Assembly: GCA_963817895.1 (NCBI GenBank)
Contig: CAWFQB010000010.1
Location: 64,001 to 128,000 of the forward strand
Reading direction: 5' to 3'
Origin: an uncultured Chthonomonadaceae bacterium
Lineage (GTDB): Bacteria > Armatimonadota > Chthonomonadetes > Chthonomonadales > Chthonomonadaceae
Length of the DNA stretch: 64,000 nucleotides
The number at the start of each line of letters is the position of its first letter. The stretch's first letter is position 1. The notes beneath the pieces were generated by a model. It was not told the DNA's origin. It saw only the letters and a list, made by a program, of their open reading frames with translations, and ran no database searches. Of this stretch, positions 53,548 to 64,000 are shown piece after piece. A program made the translations under genes and the position numbers.

Positions 53548-54435
53548 ATGCCTGAATTGCCGGAAGTTGAATTGCTGCGCCGCCTGCTTGCCCACCGCTT
53601 GTGCCATGCGCGTATTGTGGATGCCTGCTTTCCTTCCCCGGTTATTCTGCGTGGTACAACTCCCTGCGACTTTCGCGCCGAAATTCAGGGCCGAACGATT
53701 GCCGATATTGAACGGCGGGGCAAGTACCTGCTGTTTACGTTAAGCAATCCGGTGAACAATCACGATACAGCAGGCGTCCAACATTGCGACCTTCGCCTTG
53801 TCGTTCATCTTCGGATGCGGGGCGGCCTGCGCGTGGAACCCGGTGACACGGTTCCCGGCAAGTATTTGTGCGGGTTGCTTAATTTGGAAGATGGGCGCGA
53901 AATGCGCTATTATGATATGTGGCGGTGGGGAGAGTGGTGGCTTGCGCCGCCCGCCCCGCAGCCGACCGGACTTGCAGGGTTGGATGAGTTAGGGATTGAG
54001 CCGTTCGACGAAGAGTTTACGACTCCGTTTCTAATCTGGGCGCTGAAACGGCGTCGAACGCCAATTAAGCCGCTGTTGCTCGGTCAAAAAATCGTGGCCG
54101 GATTGGGCAATATTTATTGCGATGACAGCCTGCATCGCGCCCGCCTGCATCCTTCGCGACCCGCAAACAGCCTTTCTGTGGGGGAAGTCGAGCGGCTGCA
54201 TGAAGCGATAGTGGCGGTTTTGGAAAGGGCGATTCGGGAAGCCGACGCGACCGTTCAGCGATTGATTGCCGCCGACGCGAATTTAGAAACGTTCGAGGGA
54301 CTTTCCGCGCAAAGCGTGTATGACCGTCCCGGCCAGCCCTGCCCGACATGCGGGGTCAGCCTTCAAAAGATTGCGTTTTACGGGCGAGGCACCACCTTTT
54401 GCCCTGAATGTCAACCAGTCGCGGTTTCTGTCTGA
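53548..54435 (+). CDS. mutM: Formamidopyrimidine-DNA glycosylase
   Basis: MPELPEVE, RRGKYL, HLRM, GLGNIY, C-terminal zinc finger. Confidence 0.93.
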   Translation: MPELPEVELLRRLLAHRLCHARIVDACFPSPVILRGTTPCDFRAEIQGRTIADIERRGKYLLFTLSNPVNNHDTAGVQHCDLRLVVHLRMRGGLRVEPGDTVPGKYLCGLLNLEDGREMRYYDMWRWGEWWLAPPAPQPTGLAGLDELGIEPFDEEFTTPFLIWALKRRRTPIKPLLLGQKIVAGLGNIYCDDSLHRARLHPSRPANSLSVGEVERLHEAIVAVLERAIREADATVQRLIAADANLETFEGLSAQSVYDRPGQPCPTCGVSLQKIAFYGRGTTFCPECQPVAVSV

Positions 54436-54483
54436 GTCGGCTTGCCGAACACGCGGAACGCGCCGAGAGGAGTGGATTGTCAT

Positions 54484-56229
54484 ATGTCTGACGAGATGGT
54501 TCAGGAAAAGACGAACCCGGTTATGGGAGCGGAGTCGGGCAACGGCCATGAGGAGGTCCAGCCCGGCGCTGTGGCGACGCCCGTCTCTTCCACCGCTGCT
54601 GCCGGAGCCGCAGTAACGGACGAACCGGCTCCGGCCCAACCCGTCGCCGCGCCCATCGCAGCGACTGATTCGGCTGCCGACGCCGCCAACAGTGTGGAAG
54701 CCCCGGCTGCCCCCGCAACGCCCGCGCCAACAGTGGACGTTCCGGCAACAGCGGAGGCCCCGCCTGTCCGCAGCCAGGCGGACGAAGACGCCAACGACTT
54801 TGAAAAAGAGATGCAGGCGTTGGGAATGGGCAAGCAATACGACCGCTCCCTGCAACAGTTGCGCGAAAACGAGGTGATTACCGGCACAGTGATGCGCGTG
54901 GATCGCCGCGAAGGCGTACTGGTGGATGTCGGCGCGAAATCCGAGGGCATCATTCGCCCCAACGAATTGTCGCGCGACGGCAACGTCAATCCTGAAGACG
55001 TTGTTAAAGTTGGGGACAAAATCAAGGTCTATGTCATCGAGCCGGAAAATCAGGACGGCATCCCCGTGCTTTCCAAAAAGCGCGCCGACTTTGAACAGGC
55101 GTGGGATAAGGTACAAATCGCCAAAGACACCGGCGAAACCCTGACCGCAATCGTTACGGATCGCGTCAAGGGCGGGCTGGTGGTTGATCTGGGAATTCGC
55201 GGCTTCGTGCCGGCGTCCCATGTCGGCAACGGCAGCCTGAAAACCAACCTGGACAAGTACGTGGGCCAGTCTATCCCGCTCAAAGTGATTGAAGTGGACA
55301 AGGAGCGCCGCAAGGTGGTTCTTTCCAACAAATCCGCTGTGGACGAGGAGCGACAGGCGAAATCGCAGGAGACCAAGTCCAGCCTTCAGCCCGGCCAGAT
55401 TCGGCACGGGGTGGTGCGCCGCCTGACAAACTACGGCGCGTTCATTGACCTGGGCGGCATTGACGGCCTGCTGCACATCTCCGAAATGTCGTGGACGCGC
55501 ATCAATGACCCGAAAGAGGTGTTGCGCGAAGGTCAGGAACTGGATGTCAAAATCCTGAAAATGGATCTGGAAAGCAACCGCGTTTCGCTTGGCCTGCGCG
55601 ACATTCTGCCCGATCCCTGGATCGAAGTGGGCAAACGCTACAACGAGGGTGATGTGATTAGCGGCACGGTAACGCGCCGGGTTCCCTTCGGCGCCTTTGT
55701 TCAGGTGGAAGGCGATGTCGAGGGTATCATTCCCAATGCGGAAATCCCCCGCAATCGTGGCGGACAGCCCGGACGCGATGTGGTTCAGGGCGAGATTGTA
55801 GAAGTGAAAGTTATCAGCCTGCGCCCGGAAGAGCGCAAAATGACTCTTTCGCTCAAAGCCCTGCTGCCGCCCGAGGAGCAGGAGCAGGCGCCGCCCCGCC
55901 CGCCCCGCCCTGCCGGTGACGCGGGAGCCGCAAGAGAACCGCGCCCTGCCGGTGACGCGGGAGCCTCGCCTCGCCCTGCCGCTGCCACAGAAGCGGGAGC
56001 CGCCGCGCCCAAACGCGAACGCGCCGGACGTGGCCGCGAAACGGAAGAGGACTTCGGCGGACGATTCGCTCCGGCCCGCCCGGACGAACCGCGCTTCAAC
56101 CAACTGGGCGAAGCCTTCGCCGCCGCGCGTCGCAGCAAGCGCGAACAGCGTGATACGGAAGCCGAGGAAGAGTTCGACATCAACAGCGTCGAATTGGAAC
56201 CGGAAGAAGAGACGGAAGAAGAGGGGTAG
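54484..56229 (+). CDS. rpsA: 30S ribosomal protein S1 (four S1 domains, long low-complexity tails)
   Basis: KSEGII, RGFVPASH, YGAFIDLGGIDGLLHISE, FGAFVQV. Confidence 0.93.
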   Translation: MSDEMVQEKTNPVMGAESGNGHEEVQPGAVATPVSSTAAAGAAVTDEPAPAQPVAAPIAATDSAADAANSVEAPAAPATPAPTVDVPATAEAPPVRSQADEDANDFEKEMQALGMGKQYDRSLQQLRENEVITGTVMRVDRREGVLVDVGAKSEGIIRPNELSRDGNVNPEDVVKVGDKIKVYVIEPENQDGIPVLSKKRADFEQAWDKVQIAKDTGETLTAIVTDRVKGGLVVDLGIRGFVPASHVGNGSLKTNLDKYVGQSIPLKVIEVDKERRKVVLSNKSAVDEERQAKSQETKSSLQPGQIRHGVVRRLTNYGAFIDLGGIDGLLHISEMSWTRINDPKEVLREGQELDVKILKMDLESNRVSLGLRDILPDPWIEVGKRYNEGDVISGTVTRRVPFGAFVQVEGDVEGIIPNAEIPRNRGGQPGRDVVQGEIVEVKVISLRPEERKMTLSLKALLPPEEQEQAPPRPPRPAGDAGAAREPRPAGDAGASPRPAAATEAGAAAPKRERAGRGRETEEDFGGRFAPARPDEPRFNQLGEAFAAARRSKREQRDTEAEEEFDINSVELEPEEETEEEG

Positions 56230-56334
56230 GTTGTTAGTTGTCAGGTTGTTAGTTGTTAGGAAGAGGGTTCATGCTAGAGCGTCTCTACGAGCCATATCTG
56301 TCCTTAACCTGACAACCTGACAACCTGACAACCT
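56227..56334. repeat. Inverted array GTTGT[T/C]AG / CTGACAAC filling the rpsA-coaE gap
   Basis: Runs from the rpsA TAG to the coaE ATG. Confidence 0.85.
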
Positions 56335-56937
56335 ATGCGAATTGTTGGCATTACCGGCGGCCTGGGAACAGGCAAAAGCCTCGTGACGGAACTGCTGCGC
56401 GAACGGGGCGCGATTACGTTCAGCGCGGATGAGGCCGCTCGCGCCGCGCTGAATCCTTCCGGCCCGACCCTGCGCGAGATCGGGCGCGTGTTTGGCGTAG
56501 CCTCCCTGAATTCGGACGGCAGCCTGAATCGCGCCTATCTCGCATCCCTTGTTTTTAGCGACGAGCAGGCGCGGCATACGCTCAATCAACTCACCCATCC
56601 CCCCATTTTGCGGCTGCTGCGCGCGCAGATTGAAGCATGTCGCCCGGACTTTGCTCCCTCCACTATTGTCGTGGTCGAAGTTCCCCTGCTGTTTGAAACA
56701 AAAATGCAGAATTGGTTTGAACCAATCGTCGTGGTCAGCGCGTCCCAAACGTTGCAGGTAACTCGCCTGTGTAAGCGCAACGGGTTGTCGGCTGAAGAAG
56801 CGCGGCAACGCATCGCGGCGCAGATGCCACTGGAACTCAAAGTGGCGCAGGCGGATGTTGTTCTCCACAATGAGGGTACCCCGGCGGAACTCGAACGCGA
56901 CGTGGAAACCCTGTGGCGGCAATGGACGCAGGCATGA
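56335..56937 (+). CDS. coaE: Dephospho-CoA kinase
   Basis: GITGGLGTGKS, LNR..LA..VF, THP, EVPLLFE. Confidence 0.95.
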   Translation: MRIVGITGGLGTGKSLVTELLRERGAITFSADEAARAALNPSGPTLREIGRVFGVASLNSDGSLNRAYLASLVFSDEQARHTLNQLTHPPILRLLRAQIEACRPDFAPSTIVVVEVPLLFETKMQNWFEPIVVVSASQTLQVTRLCKRNGLSAEEARQRIAAQMPLELKVAQADVVLHNEGTPAELERDVETLWRQWTQA

Positions 56938-57459
56938 ATCCGGGCTGTTTGGACGTTAGGGAGCGAAAGTTTTCAGGGTTTCTCGTAAAAGCCGTCTGGA
57001 AACGTAAAAATCGCTTGCTTTCTCAAAACCAGTATGCTATAATCCGAATTGTCAGGGATGTCAGTCCGAACCGGTAAACCCACCAACCGGGAACGCTGGC
57101 AAGCACACCGCGTAACGGTCTTCTCAAGACGTTTGACGGCTTCCCGTATGTTGCGCCCGGACTTCGCGCGTTTCCAACGATCATTACGAAGCCGGATGAG
57201 GATTGTAACCCCCAGCATTGTGCCGGACCTGTCACCGGTTAAGGGCGCGTTCCCTTGCCGACAGGTTCAAGTTAAGGGTCCTCCCTGCGCGGGCGTCACG
57301 CTCCACCCAACGCCTGTGTCAACAACTCCGTTTTGCCTGAAGAACGTTTTCATAATTCATTCCAGACTGGAAATCACCCCACTTCGGTCGCGCAGGCTTT
57401 CCCCTTCAAGCGTGCCATTTGTGATCTGAGTCAGATCTAATGAGGAGGTAGGACTCGCC

Positions 57460-60400
57460 TTGAATAGAGCCAACAAACTTAATGTTGCCCTGCATCTGCT
57501 TTTGACCGTCGCCCTGCTTGGGCTGGCGTCGCTGGTGATCGCGCAAAATAACGCGCGCGCGCCGCGCCGTATTCTGCCTGCTGTCGCTAAAAAAGGGCAG
57601 GGACGCAAAGCTCCACACACGTTCATCGGCAAGATAACGAAATTGCCCGCCTACGTAACGCGCCGGCATCTCAGCGACAAACTGACCCGCATGGCGCATG
57701 CCTGGCATCCCAAAGGAACCCGAGCAATCGGAGATCAGGGCGTGGTTCGACAGACCATTCTGCTGACCAAACTGGTTCCCTCCTCCAACTTCACGCTCCA
57801 GTCCGCGCCGTCCATAGACCTGCACCCGTACTGGGACGCGAGCGAAACGTACATCTATTTCGACAGCGACCGACAGGCCGCCACGAACACGCCGGCGGCG
57901 CGCCTTTCAACATCTATCGCCTGCTTACCGATGGTTCCAGCGTGGAACAGATCACCACGGGCAGCGATAACAAAATCGAACCCAACATTTCCACATTGGG
58001 CAGCGCGGCGGGCAACCTCCTCTGCTATGTAGCGGGAGGCCAGATCACGGTTCCGAATCCCGGAACCCCCGAAACGCCCGGACAGCCGGCAACCAAAGTT
58101 CAAACTACAGGGTTCAATCTATTTTATATAGATCTGAAAGGCAATGCGGGTCCGCAGCAACTGACCAATCTGGGCGGCGCATTCCACTTCAGCGATGTGC
58201 GGCATCCCTCATTCGCGCCAGGCGGCACGGACATCTGTTTTGCCGGCAAACTGCAGGGTGATCCCAACAACGTCTATCATATCTTTACTGTTAATCTTGC
58301 CCTGGCCAACATCACGCAATACACGGCGGGGGCGTCCAACGACTACTCCCCGGCATGGTCGCCGTCCGTAGACGTTCCGCGTGGGGCAAGCGTGATCGCG
58401 TACACGAGCAACGCGCAGGCGTTCTCGACCACTGCGGCTCCGGTAATTTCCAACATCACCAATCCCGATGGGCATGATGACATTTTTGTGTTCCAGCCCA
58501 ACCCGCAGATTCCGGCAACGCGGCGCATCACCAATTTCGTCGCGCCTCCCGGCCCCGCCAATCCCAACGATCCCATGCCGCCACACGCTTCCAACCGCAA
58601 CCCGGCCTGGAGTACAACGCGCCTGGATACCCGGCCCACCGGCGTTCCGCCCGGACAGGGCAACACCTCGAACTCAGGGGCAGATACTGCTCGGTTTTGC
58701 CAGCACTCGCGTGGATAACAACCTGGACAGTAACGGCGAACCGGACGGCATTCCCAACGGACTTGCCGGTAACTTCACCACCGACATCTACTACATGAAC
58801 GCCACCATCGCCCCCGATCCCGCTAACCCTCGCGTGGTGACGGTGACGACGCCCGAAGTATCCTACGCCCCGGGCGCGGATTACCCGAACTACACGGGCG
58901 CGCACAAACTGCAAACCTACAATCCGCAGGTGGCAGTGGACGCGATGGACAAGGCCGGCCTGACGCAGTTCGACAACCTGCACCAAAGCAGCGAGGACTT
59001 TCCCACGTTCCCGCAGTTCATCAATACCTACCGTATCGCATTCCAGAGCGACCGGGGCGGCAACTACGACCTGTGGGCGGCCTCCATTCTCGACCTGGAT
59101 GCCCCGACACTGCTGAAGTTCGACCAGAGCACCAACGAAATCGTCCGCGTGGAACGCGCCGGTGACAACGGCTCCCTGTCGAGCCGCTATGTGGCTGCGG
59201 GGACGCGCGTTCGCTTCAAAATTCGCGCCGTGGATTACCAGAGCGGAATCCGCTACGCTTACCTTCAGATCAAATGCCCGGACAGCGCGGGACAATCCAG
59301 CGATCAAAAAGAACACAAAATCTTCTATGCGGGACCCGGCCTGCTGGGACCCGCGCCGCTGAACGTTGTCAGCGCCCCGTATGAATTCGATCAACAGGCA
59401 GTCAAAGCGTCGGATACCAGCGGACAGCCGGTCTTCCGACCGTTCGGCAGCGCGAACGCGCCTCTAAGCGTGGGCGGACCCGGCTCCACTCCCGCGTTCT
59501 GGCCCGGTTTCAACCGCTATACGCCCAACGTGGATGATGCCGGCGCCTACTCCGGCAACCTGAACCCGCCGGATGACGCGACCCTCGTTGCGCCCACCCC
59601 GCCCCTGTTCCCGGATGGGGACAACGGCTACTGGCTGCGGCTGCAGCCGGAAACCGACGCGAATGGCGCGCCGACAAACACGGGTACATTCGTGGCGGAA
59701 TGGGATACGCCCTCCACGTTTGCCAGCGATTGGATTATCGACGTTATTTTGTATGATAACGCCGTATACCCGTTCGATGCTTCCGGCGCGACGCAAAGCA
59801 ACTGGAAAATCTACGACAACGTATGGGGCTTCACCACGCGCCCGTTCACCGGCACGGGGCAGGTCTTGTATGTCAGCGACTACGATACGGGGCAGAAGTT
59901 TTTCAACGGCCGCTTCGGAACCGGGGATTTCACCGGTTTTACCAACTCCGCCAACCTGAGTTTCGAGGGCAATCCGACCGAGGCGTGGATGACCGAGATG
60001 GACCCGCAGTTGTTTCCCAGAATTGCGGTGGATCCAAGCACCACCTATACAATCCAGAACTTCCTGACGCCCCTGGGCGCGACCTCCTACGGAAGTTTTT
60101 CAAATGGAACCGGCGCTTTCGATCCGTCTACGGGCGCGACAATTACCACAGGCCCCATCACCGGGCAGTACGACATCTGGCGCGTTCAGTGTCGCGGCGC
60201 TGTGCCGGACAACGTTCTGAACAGCTACGGCGCGCGCAAAGTTTTACAGCCTGCCGATCCGGTTGCCGGCTTTCCGGCGCGTCAGGTGGTGGTCGCCGAC
60301 AAGTGCGTGATCTGGCATTCGCCGTACCTGGGCGACCTGTACGTCGGACCTGGCACACTGCTGGACAGCACCACTCAGACCAGTCTGGGGAACTTTGTCG

Positions 60401-63400
60401 CCAGCGGCGGACGCCTGTTCGTCAACGGGCAGGACATCGCCTTCGGTCTGACCCTGGGCGGCTCGCAGCCCAATAACTTCCTGACGAATGTCCTGCGCGC
60501 CACCTACACGAATGATAACGCTTTGGGAGCGCCGAACCCCAACGGGTTTGGCGGAGATTACGTCAACGATAGAATCAACTCGCCGGGCGACGCGTTCGCG
60601 GGCGCGGGGAATGGCGTCCACCCCATCGGCTGGTCAACCTGGTACGATTTGTTACATGCGTACCCCGATCTCACCCTGGCGGAAGATCCGCCCTTCAATT
60701 CGCCGCCGGTTTATTTCAGTTATACGACCTTTCCAACTGAAAACCGGGATTACGGCTGTCCGAATACCGGCGCGGAGGGCGGGTTCAATACGGGCATCGG
60801 TTCACCCGACCTCGTGACCTTCATTCCGCCGACAACCCTGCCGGCTGTGCCGCCAAATCCGATTCGCGCGCCCTCCGCAACCATATTTCCGGGCGTGTTC
60901 GGCGTGGATGCCGTTTATAGTTCCACAGCAACGCCCCTCGCCAACGCGGCCATCATGTGGTACAAGGATTTGAATTCGCAGGGCAAAGTGGTCTTTTCGC
61001 CGTTCGGCTGGGAAACCCTCAACCCTGAGTACTACATCATCGGCGCGCCGAAAATCATCGTTTTCAAGAACCGGCGCGTGGAACTGATGCACAACGCGCT
61101 GGACTATCTGCGCACCGGGCGGCTTGTCGGCCAGTTGCGTATCCGCAACGGCACGGGCAGCCCTGGTCAGCCGCTTGCGGGAGCGCTCATCCGCGCTTTT
61201 CGCAACGACCCGGTCAGCGGTCTGGTGACAGCCGCCACGACGTATACGGCCATCACCAAGAGCGATGGATCGTATATCATCGAGGGTCTGGACGCTGATG
61301 GCAAGTACAACCTGGATGCCGACAAATCGGGCTTCCTTGCCGAACACAAGTTCGCCAACGGCTTTCATGGCGGCTACCAGTCCTCCACGGACCTGTTCAT
61401 CACGCAGGCGCAGCCCGGAAATATTACGGGCACGGTTACGGCCGTCGGAACCAATCTGCCGGTTCCTAACGTGAGGGTGCAGGCGAAGGACAACGATCCT
61501 AATAATCCCGCCGTGTTTGTGTCCCAACCCACCGACGCGAAAGGCAACTACCAGATTCAAAACCTGCCCATCGGCACCTATACCGTGACCGTAGTTCCGG
61601 CAGACATCATCGCCGCAGGCTTCAACGGCAGCATCCCGCCCTCGCAAACCATTACGGTCACGTCACAGCAAACGGTGGGTGGGGTCAACTTCCAGTTGAC
61701 GCAGCCGCCGGGGGCTGTCACCGGACACGTTTATATCTTAGGCACGATGACGGGAATTCCGGGCGCGACCATCACGGCTGTCGGCGCGAACGGCATTGCC
61801 ACTACGGATGCCAATGGCCTGTACGGGCCGGTCAGCCTGACACCCGGCGCCTACCAGTTGATCGCCAGCGCGCCCGGTTTCGCGGCTTCGGCTCCGAAGG
61901 CCATCACCATTATCACCAATGGAACGGTGACGGTTGACTTCTTCCTCGTGGCGCTGCCACCCGGCTCCATTTCGGGGCTGGTGACAACCTCGCCGCCGAA
62001 TACCATCCCGGTTCCCGGCGCGACGATTACCGTCACTACATCGGCGGGACAGACGTTCACGACGACCACGACGGGAGTGCAGACCAACACGTCCAACGGC
62101 TCGAACTACCAGTACAACTATCAGCTCGGCAACATTCCGGCAGGCTCGACTGTTCAGGTATCGGCCAGCAAATCCGGGTATACGCCCAAGCCGAATCCGA
62201 ATACCCAGACTGTTCCCGTGACTACGGGGGCCGACACGCGCAACGTCAACTTCATACTCGACCCGCTGGCATCGTTCAACTCCGACCTGACGCTGGTTAG
62301 TTCGCCGTTCCAGTATCCGGGCGTCAGCATCACGGATTTGTTCAGCGTCCCCGGCAGCGACCTGAACGGCTCCTTCGCCTTCATCGCCTGGGACGCCACG
62401 CAGCAGAAGTATGTGTATCGCCCGAACCCGCCTGCGGACACCTTCCATCTGGGTGTGGGCTACTTCCTGCAAGAGACCAACACGGCCAGTATTCTGGCGC
62501 TGACCAACCCGAACTATCAGGAGGCTCCGAAGGACGCGCTCGGCAACTACCAGCCGTTCTCCATTCCCCTGCAAAACGGGTGGAACCTGATCGGGATGCC
62601 GTTCGCGACATCCGTAGACTTCTCGAAACTTCAGATTCAGGAGTCCAACGGCCAGCTCGTCAACGTGCCGGAAGCGCAAGGGGGCGGCAACCCGTCCCTG
62701 GGCGGCGCGCTGTTCACCTACGAGCATGGCTCCTACGAGATCGTGTTCACGCTCGATCCGTTCCGGGGCTACTGGCTGCGCGCGTTCCGACCCGTCACGC
62801 TGATCCTCACGCCCGGAGCGCAACAGGGCAGGGCGGCAAGCAACAAAGGCCGCGCGACGGTTGCCTCCAACGTGACCGGCGACGGCTGGAAACTGCAATT
62901 GAATGCCAGAGCGACGGATACGGCGGCAAGCAAAGCTTACCTGGGCGTGTCGCGCAAAGCGACGGACGGCTACGACACCTATAAGGTGGAAGCGCCGCCT
63001 GCCGCGACAAAAGAGAACGTGCAGATCGCGTTCGAGCATAAGGACTGGGGCAACAAATCGGCTGCGTACAGCATGGATGTCCGCTCCGCCAGCGCGGCCT
63101 CGTGGGAGTTCACGGTAACCTCCAACGTGCTGAATACGCCCGTTGTGGTTTCGTGGCCCAACATCACCGCGATCTCGCGCCATGAAGATATGCAGATCAC
63201 CGACCTGCAAAGTCAGCAGTCCTTCACTCTGCGCAACCGTTCCAGCATGACAATTCCGGCCAGTTCGAGCGTGATTTCGCATCACTACCGCCTGGATGTG
63301 AAGCGAACCACGCGCAACCCGCTCAGTCTGACCAATCTCTCGATTGTGCAGGCCGGGTCAGGCCGCGCGGCGGGCGCCCCTGTCAGCATCTCCTACCAGT

Positions 63401-63627
63401 TGTCGCGGGCCGCGTCCGTGACGATCAGGGTGATGCAGAATGGCCGCTCGATCCGCAACGTGACCGCAACCGGAACCCGCGACGCGGGAGCGAATCAGGC
63501 GACCTGGGACCTGAAGACGGACAACGGAACCTCGGTTCCCGCGAACCTCTATACGGTTGAAGTGCGGGCTGCCGATGAAGAGGGCCATGTGGTTCGACAG
63601 ATCGGCTCGGTGGTTATCACCCGCTAA
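57460..63627 (+). CDS. Giant secreted protein (~2,050 aa): TolB/PD40-like repeats, carboxypeptidase-regulatory-like repeats, C-terminal FlgD-type Ig domain; frameshifts near 57900 and 58670
   Basis: Signal peptide; P(S/A)(W/F)xP and SDR motifs; repeated G.ITG.V...GATI units; ISYQL...WDLKTDNG...LYTVEV. Confidence 0.75.
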
Positions 63628-63891
63628 ACCTCTGCCCCGGCAAATTCTCCTCTCCCTGAATAAGGAGAGGAGAACGGGGTTGAAATTGATATATCAGGAA
63701 AGGGCAGGGGTCCACAGTTGTTGCCGCTGCCATATATCCAAATAATTCAGGCGTGACCGTCTGGAAACGCGCGTAGGCAAACAAGTACGTGGTTGAGAGC
63801 GACCGTAAAAGCAAAACAGGGAAAGGCACCATGTTCCCGCTTCGTTTTTTCGGTTCGCGACTCACTCCCGACACCAAGAGGAGACGATACA

Positions 63892-64000
63892 GTGAATTCA
63901 CTGCGTAAGAGTTGGGCTGCCCGCAGCATATCATGGCTGCTGACAGTCGCGCTGCTTGTTCCCATGCTGATGCTGGGCCGCCGCCCGGCACAGGCACAGG
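63892..64000 (+). CDS. Start of a secreted protein; runs off window
   Basis: GAGGAG then GTG; signal-peptide-like NSLRKSWAARSISWLLTVALLVPMLMLGRRPAQAQ. Confidence 0.55.
   Translation, partial: MNSLRKSWAARSISWLLTVALLVPMLMLGRRPAQAQ

Overview
GC-rich bacterial chromosomal segment, most likely Armatimonadota. This is inferred from DUF1559-type prepilin genes with an H-X9-DG-like tail, a PEP-CTERM protein and a giant FlgD-Ig secreted protein. The housekeeping backbone has tRNA-Tyr/Thr-tuf-rpmG-tRNA-Trp-secE-nusG-rplK-rplA, folP, queE, an RNase E/G gene, cysK with an Rrf2 regulator, secDF and mutM-rpsA-coaE. About 20 single-base frameshifts, some in housekeeping genes, point to a noisy long-read assembly, so many ORFs were joined by eye. 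Highlights: (1) A four-gene module (5.1-12.7 kb) pairs a SARP/BTAD activator fused to an AAA_35-type ATPase with an AAA_35-TM-WD40 membrane protein. The WD40 gene and the divergent PEP-CTERM/prepilin operon share the same promoter geometry (GTCACG repeats 11 bp apart, 10 nt before the -10), suggesting an ATPase-coupled transmembrane signalling system. (2) A ~1,500-aa syNOS-like globin-NO synthase-reductase fusion sits between two DUF4058 paralogues. (3) A dozen intergenic hairpins are built from inverted 6-8-nt tandem repeats, several starting exactly at stop codons. (4) Smaller items: a prepilin cassette between 34-bp direct repeats, two RHS scars, an internally deleted Shedu-like gene and an orphan Trp-attenuator-like leader. 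All family calls come from motif recognition by eye, not database searches.
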